From assembly GCA_976551045.1 (NCBI GenBank), contig CDPCPM010000011.1, positions 5,270,001-5,334,000 of the forward strand: 64,000 nucleotides of DNA, in the 5' to 3' direction. Both the position numbers and the translations under genes were made by a program. Below are positions 27,483-39,855 of this stretch, one piece after another; position 1 is the first letter of the stretch, and the number at the start of each line of letters is the position of its first letter. This stretch comes from Glaucostegus cemiculus (taxonomy: Eukaryota). Under the pieces are notes generated by a model. That model was not told where the DNA came from, did no database searches, and saw only the letters and a program-made list of their open reading frames with translations.

Positions 27483-27780
27483 GGGCAGGCATGGTAGTGC
27501 AGTGGTTAGTGTAACACTATTGTAGCACCAGTGACCCAGGTTCAATTCTGGCCGCTGTCTGTAAGGAGTTTGTATGTTCTCCCTGCGTCTGCGTGGGTTT
27601 CCTCCGAGGGCCCTGGTTTCCTCCCACATTCTGAAGACGTAAGGGTTAGTAAGTTGTGGGCACGCTGTGTTGGCACCGGAGGCACGGCGACACTTGCAGG
27701 CTGACCCCAGAGCACTCTACGCAAAAAGATGCATTTCACTGTGTGTTTTGACATACGTGTGTCTAATAAAGATATCTTAT
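27483..27780 (+). mobile_element. Full-length young V-domain tRNA-SINE
   Basis: Box A-like tggtagtgcagtgg, box B ggttcaattc, V-domain tttgtatgttctccctgcgtctgcgtgggtttcctcc, tail aataaagatatcttat. Confidence 0.9.
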
Positions 27781-28194
27781 GTATTAACATGCAAAGGAAT
27801 GTAGAAGAAGTGGAATTTCTGAACTGATTTTAAGCACAGTTCTAAAGTAAGCCAGGAGTGTCTCTGTTAAACGATGTTCTGAAGGATCATTTTGAGGGAT
27901 CACTGTGAGCTGGGCTAAGCCACAATGTGTCTTATTGGATGGTGTTCAGCTGACAAGCCCAACAGTGGGGAATAAGCACAGGTTCACACTCCAGCTATTG
28001 TGGAATCACCCTGCATATAGAGACCATGACCACCCCAATGAAGTAAGCAGAATAATACTGATGCTTATAACAAAATACGATCAACGTAATAACACTGACA
28101 TTTTCTCTATCTCCATTACAAAGCCAAACAGATAATTAACTGGGTTATTTATAAGCTTCTAATCAAAAGTTAAATTTTTATGTAGTTTAAGTGA

Positions 28195-28785
28195 TATCAG
28201 GCTGAACTTTCTGGCAGTTAGCCATCTGCACTGAATTAAATCTTGGACTTACAAAAACCTGCTGGAAGCCTGCATCATATTGGGAAGTTTGCCTTTCAGA
28301 TCAGACATCAATCAGAACTGGCGTAGGATCAGAGACCCCATTCATTCGATGGGGATTCTGGCCCAGGGAATTGCAAACACATATGAAGTTTTGAAAATTA
28401 TTTAAAGGTAGTTTTATTGATTTATTAGTGATCTGATGTAATTCTAATGAACTTTCTTCTTTTAATTCAATGCCTGTGTTTAATTTTATTTAGATCAATA
28501 TTAGTGTTTTTATAGGTCTCTGAGTGTTAAGACCTTTAAGAATTGTTAAGTGTTTTGTTAGCTTTGTTAGAAGATCAAAGTTTCCTCTCCTGTCAAAGGC
28601 TGTCAGGACGTTCCAGAGACAAGGCTCAAGACTATGCCGCTTGAGGCTTTATTATATCTCCCAGGCTGCCACTGAGGTCAGGAGGCTCAGAGACTTTGCA
28701 CCTGTCATCCATACTGGGTAAGTGCAGGTAAGTGGTGAAGAGAATGGTGTGGGAGAGCGCAGATCCAGTGCAATTTGGCCCCATT
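28195..28785. mobile_element. Possible degenerate Harbinger-type MITE containing a Penelope-type fragment (about 28250-28320)
   Basis: Ends aggctgaacttt ... aatttggcccc resemble GGGGCCGAAATT-type termini; weak match. Confidence 0.25.
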
Positions 28786-29199
28786 TTGTTCAACTTTATT
28801 CAAGCATCAACCAACATTCTCAGCTATTAAGATAAACTTGGATTTGTCTCATCATTCTATACATTTATCAGGAAACGCTTTGTTCCTATTCCAGGAATCA
28901 TTCTATTTGTTATTGGTAACCAATGAGCTCAAGGAAGACCTGATGATGAATCTCCTGAGCTAAGGTGACATGCTGGTGTTTCTCTGCTCTCCAGCTAGAG
29001 ATTCAATTGGTAAATTCATTCTGTCTGCAAGGGGCAAAATAGATGAAAAATAAATGAGGAAGGAGTGAAGTAATAAGATAATCAATCAACCAGCAGCCTT
29101 GAGCCACTTTGGAGAAAAGAATACACATCCTCCAATTCTATCAGGTACAGACTAAAGATACTGCAGACAAAAATAGCACCACTGGCTTCTAAATCATGT

Positions 29200-29500
29200 T
29201 TACACTGATTACCTCCAAAGAACAATGGCAATAACAGGCCCACTGGAATTCTCTTAAATATATGTAAATAATTGTTGTAGGCTATTGATTAAATGCCATC
29301 ATTGTTATTATTTACCCGTGTACGAGCTGTTATAATCGACCTTCGACATTACTGCAGATGTTTGGGTTTCAGTGCAGACCTTTCAAGATTCAAACCGACA
29401 ATGTCAATCTCTCACTTAAATCAAAGGAAAAGTGCACAAGAAGGCTTGATAATTTAGGGGCTTAATCAGTTGAGCGGAACCAATTATTTATGTTAAAGTT
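29200..29500. promoter_or_regulatory. Candidate conserved non-coding element
   Basis: TGATTAAAT (Pbx-Hox-like), CATTGT/ACAATG (Sox), ATCAAAG (TCF/LEF) and several CpGs in unique DNA. Confidence 0.35.
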
Positions 29501-29695
29501 TTATATTTTTTTATCTTGGGAATACAGGGATAATTTCTGGCACTTGGACTTCAGATGAAAAGTCAGGAGGGCATGTTGATCTGCTGTTCACGAGATATGG
29601 GGACAGTTTCTATCCAATTTAAGAACCAAGTCTCATTAGCATCAGGGAGTCAAGATGAGATGGCATTACATTCTGGAGAAATACCTGCCATGACC

Positions 29696-29992
29696 CACAG
29701 AGTCACAGAGTAATACAGGGCCTTCCGCCCCACTTGTTCATGCTGACCAAGGTGCCCACATAAACTAGTCCCATTTGTCCACATTTGGCCCTCTAAGTCT
29801 TTCCTATCCGTATACTTATCCAAATTTCTCTTCAATGTTTTTATTGTACTTGCTTCAACTACTTTCTCTGGCAGCTCATTCCATATATGCACCACTCTCT
29901 GCGTGAGGAAGTTGCCCCTCAGGTCCATTTTAAACCTTTCCCCTCTCATCTTCAGCTTATGCCGTCCAGTTTTGAGAAAAAACCTTCTGCCC
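29696..29992 (-). mobile_element. CR1 LINE 3' fragment
   Basis: Minus-strand ORF GHKLKMRGERFKMDLRGNFLTQRVVHIWNELPEKVVEASTI is the CR1 ORF2 C-terminus; tail cacagagtcacagagt. Confidence 0.85.
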
Positions 29993-29995
29993 CAC

Positions 29996-30769
29996 CACTT
30001 CGGGAGGACAAACTCCAGGACAGAGTATAAGGTAAATGGCAAGGCTCTTGGCAGTGTAGAGGAGCAGAGGGATCTGGGGGTTCATATCCACAGTTCACTC
30101 AAAGTTGCCTCGCAGGTGGATAGGGCTGTTAAGAAGGCTTATGGGATGTTGGCTTTTATAAATAAAGGGATTGAGTTCAAGAGCAGAGAGGTGATGATGC
30201 TGCTTTACAAAACTCTAGTTAGGCCGCACTTGGAATATTGTGTTCAGTTCTGGTCGCTGCATTATAGGAAGGATGTGGAGGCGTTGGAGAGGGTGCAGAG
30301 GCGATTTACCAGGATGATGCCTGGATTGGAGGGTATGGAATATAGAGGGAGGCTGAAGGTGCTAGGGCTCTACTCATTAGAGAGGAGGAGGATGAGAGGG
30401 GACTTGATAGAGGTGTTTAAGATATTGAGAGGAATAGATAGAGTTAATAGTCAGCGCCTCTTTCCCAGAGCACAGATGCTCAAGACGAGAGGGCATGCCT
30501 TTAAGATAATTGGTGGAAAGTATAGGGGAGATGTCAGAGGGAAGTTTTTCACCCAGAGAGTGGTTGGTGCATGGAATGCACTGCCTGGGGTGGTAGTGGA
30601 GGCAGATACGTTGGACAGGTTTAAGAGATTGTTAGATAAGCACATGGAAGAATGTGGAATAGTAGGTTATGAGGGTGGAAAGAGTTAGTTTGGGAGTTGT
30701 TTGTAGGATGGCACAGCTTGATGGGCCGAAGGGCCTGTTCTGTGCTGAATTGTTCTATGTTCTATGTTC
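29996..30769 (+). mobile_element. Young 5'-truncated CR1 LINE with uninterrupted ORF2 C-terminus (stop at 30686-30688)
   Basis: HFGR...RDLGV...LVRPHLEYCVQFWS...LERVQRRFTRM...RRRMRGDLIEVFK...FFTQRVVGAWNALP; 3' UTR gatgggccgaagggcctgttc; (ttctatg)n tail. Confidence 0.95.
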
Positions 30770-30814
30770 ACTAGCTGATCCAGTTCAATCCTAAAATCTG
30801 TTTTTTTAAATCCA

Positions 30815-32190
30815 TTTTCGCTTTGAGATGCAGACATCACTGTCAAGGTTAATGTTTTTTGCTCATCCTCACTGCCCTGAGAAGGTGCAGGTAATCAAAC
30901 TTGTTGAATTGCTTCAGTCCTTTTGGTGAAGGTTCTTCCACAATGCTGTTGGGTAGGGAGTTTCAGGATTCAGAACCAGCCACAATGAAGGAGCAACATA
31001 TAATTCCAAGTCAGGATGGTGTATAGCTTGGAGGAGAACCTGTAGCTGGTGGTATTCTCATATCTGTGATGACCACGTACTTCTTGGTGGTAGAGTCAAG
31101 AGGTTGGGAAATGCTATCAGAGTGCTTTAGCTCAGTAACAGCAAGGCATTTTGTACGTGACCTACACATCATCCACAGTGCGACACTAGTGAGAGAATGG
31201 ACACTTTAATGGTGAATGCATCGTCCTGGATGGTCTTGAGTTTCTTGATGGAGGTCTCGCTTCACATTCCTGACTTGCTTTGTAGATGGTGAAAAGGCTT
31301 TGGGGTGTTAGGAGGTGAATCATCCTTGAACTGCTCTTGTAACAAATGTGTATATATGGCTGGCCGAGCCAAGTTTTTGTTCAGTGGTGACACCTCCCCA
31401 GTTGTTGATGGCAGGGAATTTGGTGATGGTAGTGTCATTGAATGTCAAAGGCCAGTGGTTAAATTCTTTCTTCATGGAGATGCTCAGTGCCTGGCGTTTG
31501 TGTGACGGAAATGTTACTTGTCACTTATCAGCCCATGCCTGAATGTTATCGAGGTCTTGTTTCAGGCACATAAGTTAAGCTCACATGCTGAGGAGTGCTG
31601 AGTAGAACTGAATATTGTGCAATTATTAGAGATTAACCCCACTTCCGTTGTAATAATGGAAGGAAAATCACTGATGGAACAGCTGAAATGGTTAGGCCAA
31701 GGACATGACCCCTAAGAGCTCCTGCAGTGATGTTCTGGGGGTGGGATGTTTGATTTCCAAAAACAATATCCATTTTCCTCCGTGAAAGGCATGACTCCTG
31801 CCATTCAAGTGTTTCTCCCTTGATGCCCATCAACTTCATTTTTATCAGGGTGCTTTGATACCACAGTTGTCAAATGCTGCCTTGATATCAAGGACACCTC
31901 TGACATTCAGATCTTTGATGCATGTTTCAATAAATGCTGGAATGAGGTCTGGAGCAAATTGGTCCCGGAAACTCAATCTGGGCATTGGTGAGAAGGATAT
32001 TGATACTGTACTGTCAACAACAATTTCCATCCACTCTGTTGATGATTGAAAGTTATTAATGGGATTGAATTTGTCCTGGGCAATTCTCCATATTGTTGGG
32101 TAGATGCCAATATTGAAACTGTACTGGGACAGCTTGACTAGAACAGTGACTCATTCTGGTGTACAAATCTCCAGTATGGAGCCCGGTTGT
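30815..32190 (-). mobile_element. Degraded CR1-clade LINE, RT domain to 3' end
   Basis: Minus-strand ORFs show APDLI, LDIKAAFD, GIKGETLEWQES and ITAGALRGHVLG (degenerate GVPQGSVLGP). Confidence 0.85.
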
Positions 32191-32674
32191 TATCTCTTTC
32201 CATAGTTTTTGGATCTAGTTCTCTCAGCCTGTGACTCATTTTTGGACACTGGCCTCTTCAAAGAAGCTTGGCATAATGGCAATGACCAGAGTGACAGTGG
32301 CAAGGGGCAGTAAATTTGTCCGCACCATCTGCATTGTTTAATTGTCCTATTTCTGAGCACCACAACCTCAAATAATTCAGTAAGAACACTAACGAAGTGA
32401 TCACTTAAGAGAGTAATTTTTTGCACTATTTATACTTGCACAATTTTTTGTCTGCATTTATTGTATATCCTCTGTTCTATGTATGTCCTCTGCTGTTTGA
32501 GTCTGGGGGAATTGACATTTTGTTCCTCCATGTGCTTTTATAGCAAGTTGGTGAATGACTTGAACTTGAATACGCTAATAAGTTCATTAATCTTTTGAGA
32601 TTTTTGCATGCTATGTTTTCCAGAGGACCCTACATTTCAGGTGATTATGAATATTAACATCAACAGTTAATGTA

Positions 32675-33000
32675 CATAGAATGAAATCATAGAACTGTTG
32701 TAGCACAGAAGGAGACTGCTGGGGCCACTGGGTCCATGCCAGCTCCTAATAGAGTGTCTTTTCACCACTCCTTCCTCACAGTTCTGAAAATTACTTACTC
32801 TCTAGTGTCTATCCACTTCCCTTCTTCAAGCACTCATTGATTGCCTCCACAGCTCGTAAACACTGTGAATTCTCTGTAAAAATGCCTTCCTTACATCTCT
32901 TGCCCAAAAATGTTAAATCTCTATCCCCGGCTACTTGAATCATTTATGAATAGAATGAGTATCCCTCAACTTACTCTGTTCTAACCAGTCAGCTCTTAAT
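32675..33000 (-). mobile_element. Old CR1 3' fragment
   Basis: catagaatgaaatcatagaac...agcacagaaggag...gggtccatgccagctc is antisense of a CR1 3' UTR. Confidence 0.55.
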
Positions 33001-33887
33001 AGTGTGGAGGCTTGGAAAGGGGCTGTTTCACTGTTGAATTTCAGTGAGCTGTTGCTGAATAGTTTCAACGCAGGCAGATGTTTCAACACGCCTGCTTCTT
33101 CACCATCCTCTATTTCCCTAGCGTCACCTGCCTCACCTTGCTGAAGGCCCTTGTCCTTGTCAACGATGAGGGTTTCATTTTAGAGCAAAGTCACGCGGCA
33201 AAGCACAAATCACAATTATAAGACACCCTCTGGGCCACATTGCAGAAAGTCACTGGACCTTTTCAGGGAGCAGAGTCATTGCTTAAGGACTTGGTTTCCC
33301 TGCTTCCTGAGCACTTTGGGTGACCCTGGATTTGATTTTAGGACACTTTGACTGTGAAATACTTTAGGACTTAGAAATGAATTAGGATCCAAGAGCAGCA
33401 GGAGTAGTTTCTGTTTAGAACAACCAGCCTCTTGTTTGCTGTGCAGATGCAAAATGTGTATGTGTTGGCAGGGGCATGTGGGGGAGGGATGGTTGATGGA
33501 AGATTGATGCTGTATCAAAGTATCATGACAGCTGCTCAGATAATGGGCACAGCACAGTTCATCACACCCTAGTTTCACGTTAATAGGATGAAAGCATTTG
33601 AGATTCATGAAACAAATCTGGAAGTCAGAATATTCAAAGCATCTTGCTGGTTGGTACTGAGCAGACTCCCAGTAACCTGCAGTTGCCTGCACTAGCATCG
33701 AATCCTGCTGCTTCTAGTTGTCAAAGGGAAAGTGATGGAAACATTTGTCAGTGTGCTTACTGCAAACATGAACTGCAGAATCATGGCCCTTTCTCACATT
33801 TCCTTTTACACCCTGGAGGGAAAGACTGCAATACTCTTGTCTGAAACTGACAAAAGTATTGTTGTTTTGAGAGTAAACTTCAGGTCT

Positions 33888-34000
33888 CAGTCTCCAGTCC
33901 AGATGAAGCGTCTTGACCCAAAACATCGACTGTCTATTTCCCTCTACAGAGGCAGCCTGACCCACTGTGTTACCCCAGCAGGTCCCAGTTTGCTCAGTTG
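33888..34000 (+). mobile_element. Penelope-type terminal repeat with decayed minimal hammerhead ribozyme
   Basis: cagtc-CAGATGA-agcgtcttgaccc-AAAAC-atcgactg, then ggcagcctgacccactg...ccagcag. Confidence 0.6.
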
Positions 34001-37000
34001 TCTCCATAATGGCTCCTCTTGGTCTCTACTACTTGTATATTTCAATTATTAGCAGCAGACTTGGAGATTGCTTTATTGTCTCTTTCTTCAAGTCATTATC
34101 ATTCATTAGTAACAACACTGTTCATATCAGTCCTTGTGGTTTCCCTCTCTGTGCCAGCCTCAGTGGGGAAGTGCAATCTCCTTAGGCACTGTTCCTCATA
34201 TGAATACAGACCAGGAACTCTGGTGGGACGTGAGATTTCCTGGAACTAATCCTATTCTACTTTATCTGCCTACAGTGAAAGCACTTCTGGCTCCTTCGTT
34301 CTTTCACTGCTGCTTTTCCTTCTCCTTGTCCTCTAGCCAGAATGGAACTGGCGGAAAAGTCCCAGTGCAGAATAAAGTGAGTTGCCCGAGGCCACTGTAG
34401 TTTTCAGAAGGTAGAAGAAACAATGGAACCAACTAAAATGCCTGCAACCACATCAGGAAACAGGAACCAGCACAATGTTGCCCAAACCTTTTCAAATGAG
34501 AGCAGGTGACTACCTCTTAAACCAGCCTTGCAATGGCTAGGTTTTACTGCCCCTGGCTTATTTGCATATTCATTACCATCTGGATAAAAAGGTTTCTGTA
34601 AGGCCCTTAGTTTTTAACTGTATTAAAAAATCTGTGTAATTACAAATTGTCACTGTATTTTAACCATGCATTCACCTTTGGAATCTAAACTTGAATCTAT
34701 GGTCCTTGTTCAACACCCTGAAATGGTCTCTTGGTCCCACATATATTATTTTGAAGATCTGAAAAAGCTCTAGGCTCTTGGTTTCTTCCCCCTCAGTGTA
34801 ACTTTCTCCAATTATTCTTCACGCTCAACCCATTTATTATTTTCTTTATCCTTCATACTGACTTACAGGCCAGGATGCCTTACTATACAACTGCAAAATC
34901 ACATATGCCTCAAAATACAGGGGTTTTGCCCAAAACATTTATTATTCATTGAGGTTTATTTCTCAAGCTTTATATCCAAAGATTTAATGAGCCTTTCTCC
35001 CCACTACCACACATATGGTTAATGGACTCAAAGCACTGGGGATATACCACCAACACTGGTGCCACAAGATCCTCCAAATCCACTAACGGGATAAGGGACC
35101 AACAATGGCCAGCATCCCTGGAATTAAGGCTCTAATTACAATCAGCCAGTTGCAATGGAACAATACTATTCTGTTATGTTCGGTGATGGCAAGAGATTAC
35201 CAGGCGGGGAGTAGAAAGATTCAAAGATGAAAAAGTATAACATCTTTTACAACATAACAATTTTTGGTCCATGACTGGTCAAAAAGAGGTAAAAACATTT
35301 ACTAATCTCTTTCAATTTTAAGATGGCTGTACATGGATCATCTGATTTAGCCAGTTCAAGCACACTTGAAAATCTTCTTTTCCACTGTCTCTTTTCCTCT
35401 TGTAATTTCCTGTGGGCTGTGTGCCAGTGGTTTTGCTTAAGTCTATATGTATTAAATTTACATAGTTCTCCTTGTCACTTAAGTCTGTTTTACCATCAAT
35501 TTCATCATTTCATTAGAAGGGTATGCCAGAAACATTTAAAGTAAAATTCAATTCTTTTGTGAAGTGAACATTTTCATGCATTTATTACTGTTAACCATCA
35601 GATTTATTCTTTAATAGACTTTATCCTTTACAAAAAAAAGATTATTTATTGTCTTTAGCATGGATACTTATGTATTATGTAGGAAATTATAAAATATTTT
35701 ATAACTTAACACAAATCTGTTAGCTTGTAAGATCTTTGTAATCAATGCTATAAAGTTCCATGCAAAATAGCTAAAATGTCTGAAAGACAATTTTACATCC
35801 AGGTTTAATTTTGGATACAAATGATAGGAATTGACTTCCTAAATGTTAACATTTCAGTTTAATTGTGACTTGCTGTTGTGATACTTCTTTGCTTCAATAT
35901 ATCTGTTTACCACTATACAATTCCTCTGTGAATATACAGATAAATTAGTTTTACCACAAAAATAGTTTGGTAAAAATTGGAAAAAAAAATCTTTTTATTC
36001 CACTCACTGTGGAAAAGTGAGGTTTGGATTTTCATCACAGTTCGATCATTTCTTCAAGAACTTTGGGCACAGATCTCAAATGTGTTAATCAGCAGTGTCA
36101 CAGAAAGTTTACAACATTGAAGGACACAATTTAGTCATTGGGTCCCTTTTGGCTCAATGCAAGAGCATTCCATTAAGTCCTATTTCTCTGACCTTTCCCC
36201 AGACATATTCTTTCTCCTTAGTAACAGAGTATTGCTTGTTTGTTTATTTTTTAAAATTTTAAACATCCATATTTTGCAATTATAATGATAGTATAACTAT
36301 TAGTGTTTCACATTATTACCCACAAAACTGACAGCTTTTGTAATTTGTGCGCATATTGTTTACACTAATATCCTAAATTTGTTGTGAGTGATTCTGCCTT
36401 TCTCTGAATCTATTTTGCAGCCTTCTCCACAGAAATCCAGGGAAATTGGTTGAATTGACAACAAACCCAGGTATTTATGAACTAATCTCACAGTAACATC
36501 TGTGAGATCCAAGTTTGTTTTGAGTGGCATTTTTAGTCATATTTACAGCTTTGTAAACTCTTTGTTCCAAAACAACTGATTTTAAGGGTGTGGACTCTAA
36601 TATTCTATAATATTTCTAAACAGAATAAATAGCTTTGTAAAAAAATGTTTTCAGCTGCCACCTTGATTATTTGTGTAAGTTCCAAGCTTACTTTGTCCTC
36701 AGTTAAGAATCAAATATATTTACTAAAAAATGTCTCCTCTTCTTCTTGTTTTGCTGTCTATGAGAATTCTTAACTACGATTGGCTAGTCAGTCAGTTGAA
36801 TGACATTATGGAGGCTGGGTGCAAAGACACTAATGAACTGATACCTAATAGCAACAGGCATTGGAAAAGAGAAAGCCCATACCAGCAGGATAGCTCGATA
36901 TTTTTTGACAGATTTATATGAGACTAGCAGTGAGTAACATCATTCTGTACTAACTGCAAAATTCAACCCATTGAGCTAAATTGGACCACATAAAATATTT

Positions 37001-37004
37001 ATGA

Positions 37005-38020
37005 AGTTCAGAGAGATCTAGGTGTTCTAGTGCATGAATCACAAAAAGTTAGCAGCCAGGTGAAACAAGTAGATAAGAAGGCAATGAGCATATTGGCGTT
37101 TATTGCAAAAGGGTAGGAGTTTAATAGGGAGGTTTTGTTACAGTTGTACAGGGTGTTGGTGAGACCACACCTGGAAATAAGATAAGATCTGTATTAGTCA
37201 CATTTACATCGAAACACACAGTGAAATACATCTTTTGCATAGTGGTTTTGGGCGGCAACCCACAAGTGTCACAACGCTTCCGACGCCAACATAGCATTCC
37301 CATAACTTCCTGACCTGTACATCCTTGGAATGTGGGAGGAAACCGGAGCACCCGGAGGAAACCCACACAGACACGGGGAGAACGTACAAACTCCCTACAG
37401 ACAGTGGCTGGATTTGAACCCGGGTTGCTAATGCTGTAAAGCATTGTGCTAACCATTATGCTAACGTGCTGTCCGTACACAACTCAAATCTGTACACAAC
37501 TTTGATCCCTTCACCTAAAAAGGGAGATAGCAGCATTGGAGGCAGTCCAAAGAAGATTTACCAGGCTAATTCCTTGGAAGAGAGGGTTGTCCTATCAAAA
37601 AGGCTAAACAGCTTGGATCTATACTCCTTGGAGTTTAGAAGAATGAGGAGTGATGTAATTCAAATGTATAAGATCCTAAGGGGGCTTGACATGGTAGATG
37701 TTGAGATGTTCTCACTGGTGGGGGAATTATGAACAAGGGGCCATTGCTATAAAATAAGGCACCGGTCATTTAAAACTGAGGTTTCTTCTCTCAGAGGGTA
37801 GTGAAACTCAGCAATTCTCTGGCCGAGAGGGGAGGAGGTCAGATCAATAGATAAATTTATGGTGAAGATAGATGGATATTTGAAAGACCAACGAATTGAG
37901 GATTATGGGGAAATGCCACAGAAGAGGCGCTGAGGCCAGTGCAGATCAGCCATGGTCATATTGAATGGTAAGGCAGGCTTGAGGAACCTGATAGCCTATC
38001 CCTGCTTCTATTTTCTTAAG
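37005..38020 (+). mobile_element. CR1 LINE 3' part interrupted by a SINE
   Basis: agagatctaggtgttctagtgcat (RDLGV), ttggtgagaccacacctgga (LVRPHL), LDLYSLEFRRMRSDVIQMYKILRGLD. Confidence 0.85.
37176..37474 (-). mobile_element. Young V-domain SINE inserted in the CR1
   Basis: Reverse complement of the 27483-27780 family; splits the CR1 at the PHL|EY junction. Confidence 0.9.
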
Positions 38021-38059
38021 TTCCTGTATTTATTTTCAGATTCATGATGATATCCACAG

Positions 38060-38250
38060 GAACTCACTGCCTGCAGGGATAATGGAAACAGAAGCAATCT
38101 GTGCCTTTGAGAGAGAATTGGGTAGGAACCTGAGGCAGAATAATTTGGCAAGACTATTGGGAAAGAATGGGGGAATAGGACTGACAGACTTGGTTTATAA
38201 GGAGCCACCACAGATTCTGCTGTGTCTTGTTTGTCTGTTAATTAGATTTC
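38060..38250 (+). mobile_element. Short old CR1 3' fragment
   Basis: ggaactcactgcctgcagggataatggaaacagaagc; METEAICAFERELGRNL resembles the CR1 ORF2 end. Confidence 0.55.
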
Positions 38251-38330
38251 CAGATTCATATCTGTTGCTCTCAATATATTTATTCAGCCAGACTTCATGC
38301 CATGCAGTGCTGAGTGATACAATATACACT

Positions 38331-39595
38331 CATAAGAACATAAGAAATAGGAGCAGGAGTAGGCCATCTGGCCCTTTGAGCCTGCTTTGCTTTTCAATAA
38401 GATCATGATTGATCTGCCTGTGGACTCAGCTCCTTTTCCCCATAACCCCTACTATGCAAAAATCTATCTAACACTGTCTTAATTATATTTAATGAGGTAG
38501 CCTCTCCTGGTTGCCTGGACAGAGAATTCCACAGACTCAAAAGCAGTTTCTCCTCATCTCTGTCCTAAATCTATTCCCCTGAACCTTGAGGCTATGTCCC
38601 AGATTCTAGTCTCACCTACCAGTGGAAACAACCTTCCTGCCTCTATTTTGTCTATCACTATCATAATTTTATATGTTTCTATAAGGTCCCCTCTCATTCT
38701 TCTGAATTCCAGTGAGTATATTCCCAGGCAACTCAATCTTTCCTCATAGGATAAGCCCCTCATCTCCAGAATCAACCTGGCAAATCTCCTCTGCACCGCC
38801 TCCAAAGCTAGTATATCTTTCCTCAAGTAAAACCAGAACTGCATGCAGTACTCCAGGTGCGGCCTCACCAGTACCCTGCAGCAGAACCTCCCTGCTCTTC
38901 AGTTCAGTCCCTCTAGCGATGAACGCCACATTCCATTTGCCTTCCTGATAACTTGTTGCACCTGCAAACCAACCTTTTGTGATATGTTGTCGTCAGTTAA
39001 CTGGACTCTGACAACTGGCACTTATTGCTCAATCACACTTTATTTACTTGGCACAAGGAGAACAATCCCACCCCTATCACCAAACTATTCCAAAATTTCA
39101 AGCAAGAGTTGTCTTTTTAAACAGATATTGACCAATTAAAATCTTTGGGTACCTGAGAATCCCTCATATGTATATATAAAGTACCAATCATGTTCCATAG
39201 ATATGGATGTTAATGACCAATAGAAACTACATGTTAATGGCCAGTAGTACCTTTGAGTTAGTAAAGTAATTGTTCAATAGTTAGTGTGTGCCTTGCAGTC
39301 CTTTGTTTGCTTCCTTATCTTGTGTCTTGGTATGTCTGGTGACCTCGGCTCCCAGGCTGTACAAAGAGGAGCTATGTCCTCAAGGACCTTGCTCAGTATG
39401 GGTGACTGTGCACTGTCTGCAAACCATCTCTGCCTGCACACTACCTTAACCCTTGCCTTGCCACAGCATCCACAGATTCATGCACAAGCACTCCCAAGTC
39501 CCCCTGCACAACAGCATGCTGTAATCTTTCACCATTTAAATAACAATCTGATCTTCTAATTTTCCTTCCAAAGTGGATGACCTCACATTTACTCA
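38331..39595 (-). mobile_element. CR1 LINE 3' part split by a solo LTR
   Basis: MRPHLEYCMQFW...LEAVQRRFARL...RRMRGDLIETYKI; tail cataagaacataagaa; homology stops at 38983 and resumes at 39475. Confidence 0.9.
38985..39474 (-). mobile_element. Solo LTR (490 bp) nested in the CR1
   Basis: TGTTG...CCACA termini, TSD GATA/GATT (3 of 4), minus-strand AATAAA at 39039-39044, TATA-like and three CCAAT motifs; cleanly interrupts the CR1. Confidence 0.7.
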
Positions 39596-39709
39596 AACAT
39601 AGAACATTGTGCATCAGTGAGTGATAAAGTATAATCCTTACAAAATGGTATACTTATGCTTAACAATGAAGTTCCTCACCCAATCTTGCAATGACATATT
39701 GGTATTGGT

Positions 39710-39855
39710 CTTCTCAGTGGATTGCCACCTTGTCGTGGTGGAGAAGCTTGTGTGGTCCTGAGATCCTGAGAGTGATGCTGTCTGGAGCTCTGCTCCTGGT
39801 AGGGTCACCCCTGGCGGTAAGGTCGATGGTGAGGTCCCTGACAAAGAACAATCCA
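39710..39855 (+). ncRNA. Predicted HDV-like self-cleaving ribozyme
   Basis: P1 CUUCUC 39710-15 / GAGAAG 39741-46; P2 UGGAUUG 39718-24 / CAAUCCA 39849-55; P3 ACC/GGU around 7-nt L3 UUGUCGU (39730-36); P1.1 G39732-C39747; long P4; J4/2 candidate catalytic C39842. Confidence 0.65.

Noticed and set aside
27483-27555. tRNA gene
   Set aside because: tRNA-derived SINE head running straight into the V-domain; no complete cloverleaf
28251-28259. Perfect RSS nonamer ACAAAAACC
   Set aside because: No CACAGTG heptamer at 12 or 23 bp spacing; lies in a repeat fragment
29903-30688. 261-aa ORF as a host gene
   Set aside because: It is a 5'-truncated CR1 ORF2 fused to antisense CR1 sequence, with a non-ATG start
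36485-36508. 9-bp inverted repeat atctcacag-N6-ctgtgagat (similar 8-bp one at 16427-16448)
   Set aside because: Stems this short are expected by chance in 64 kb
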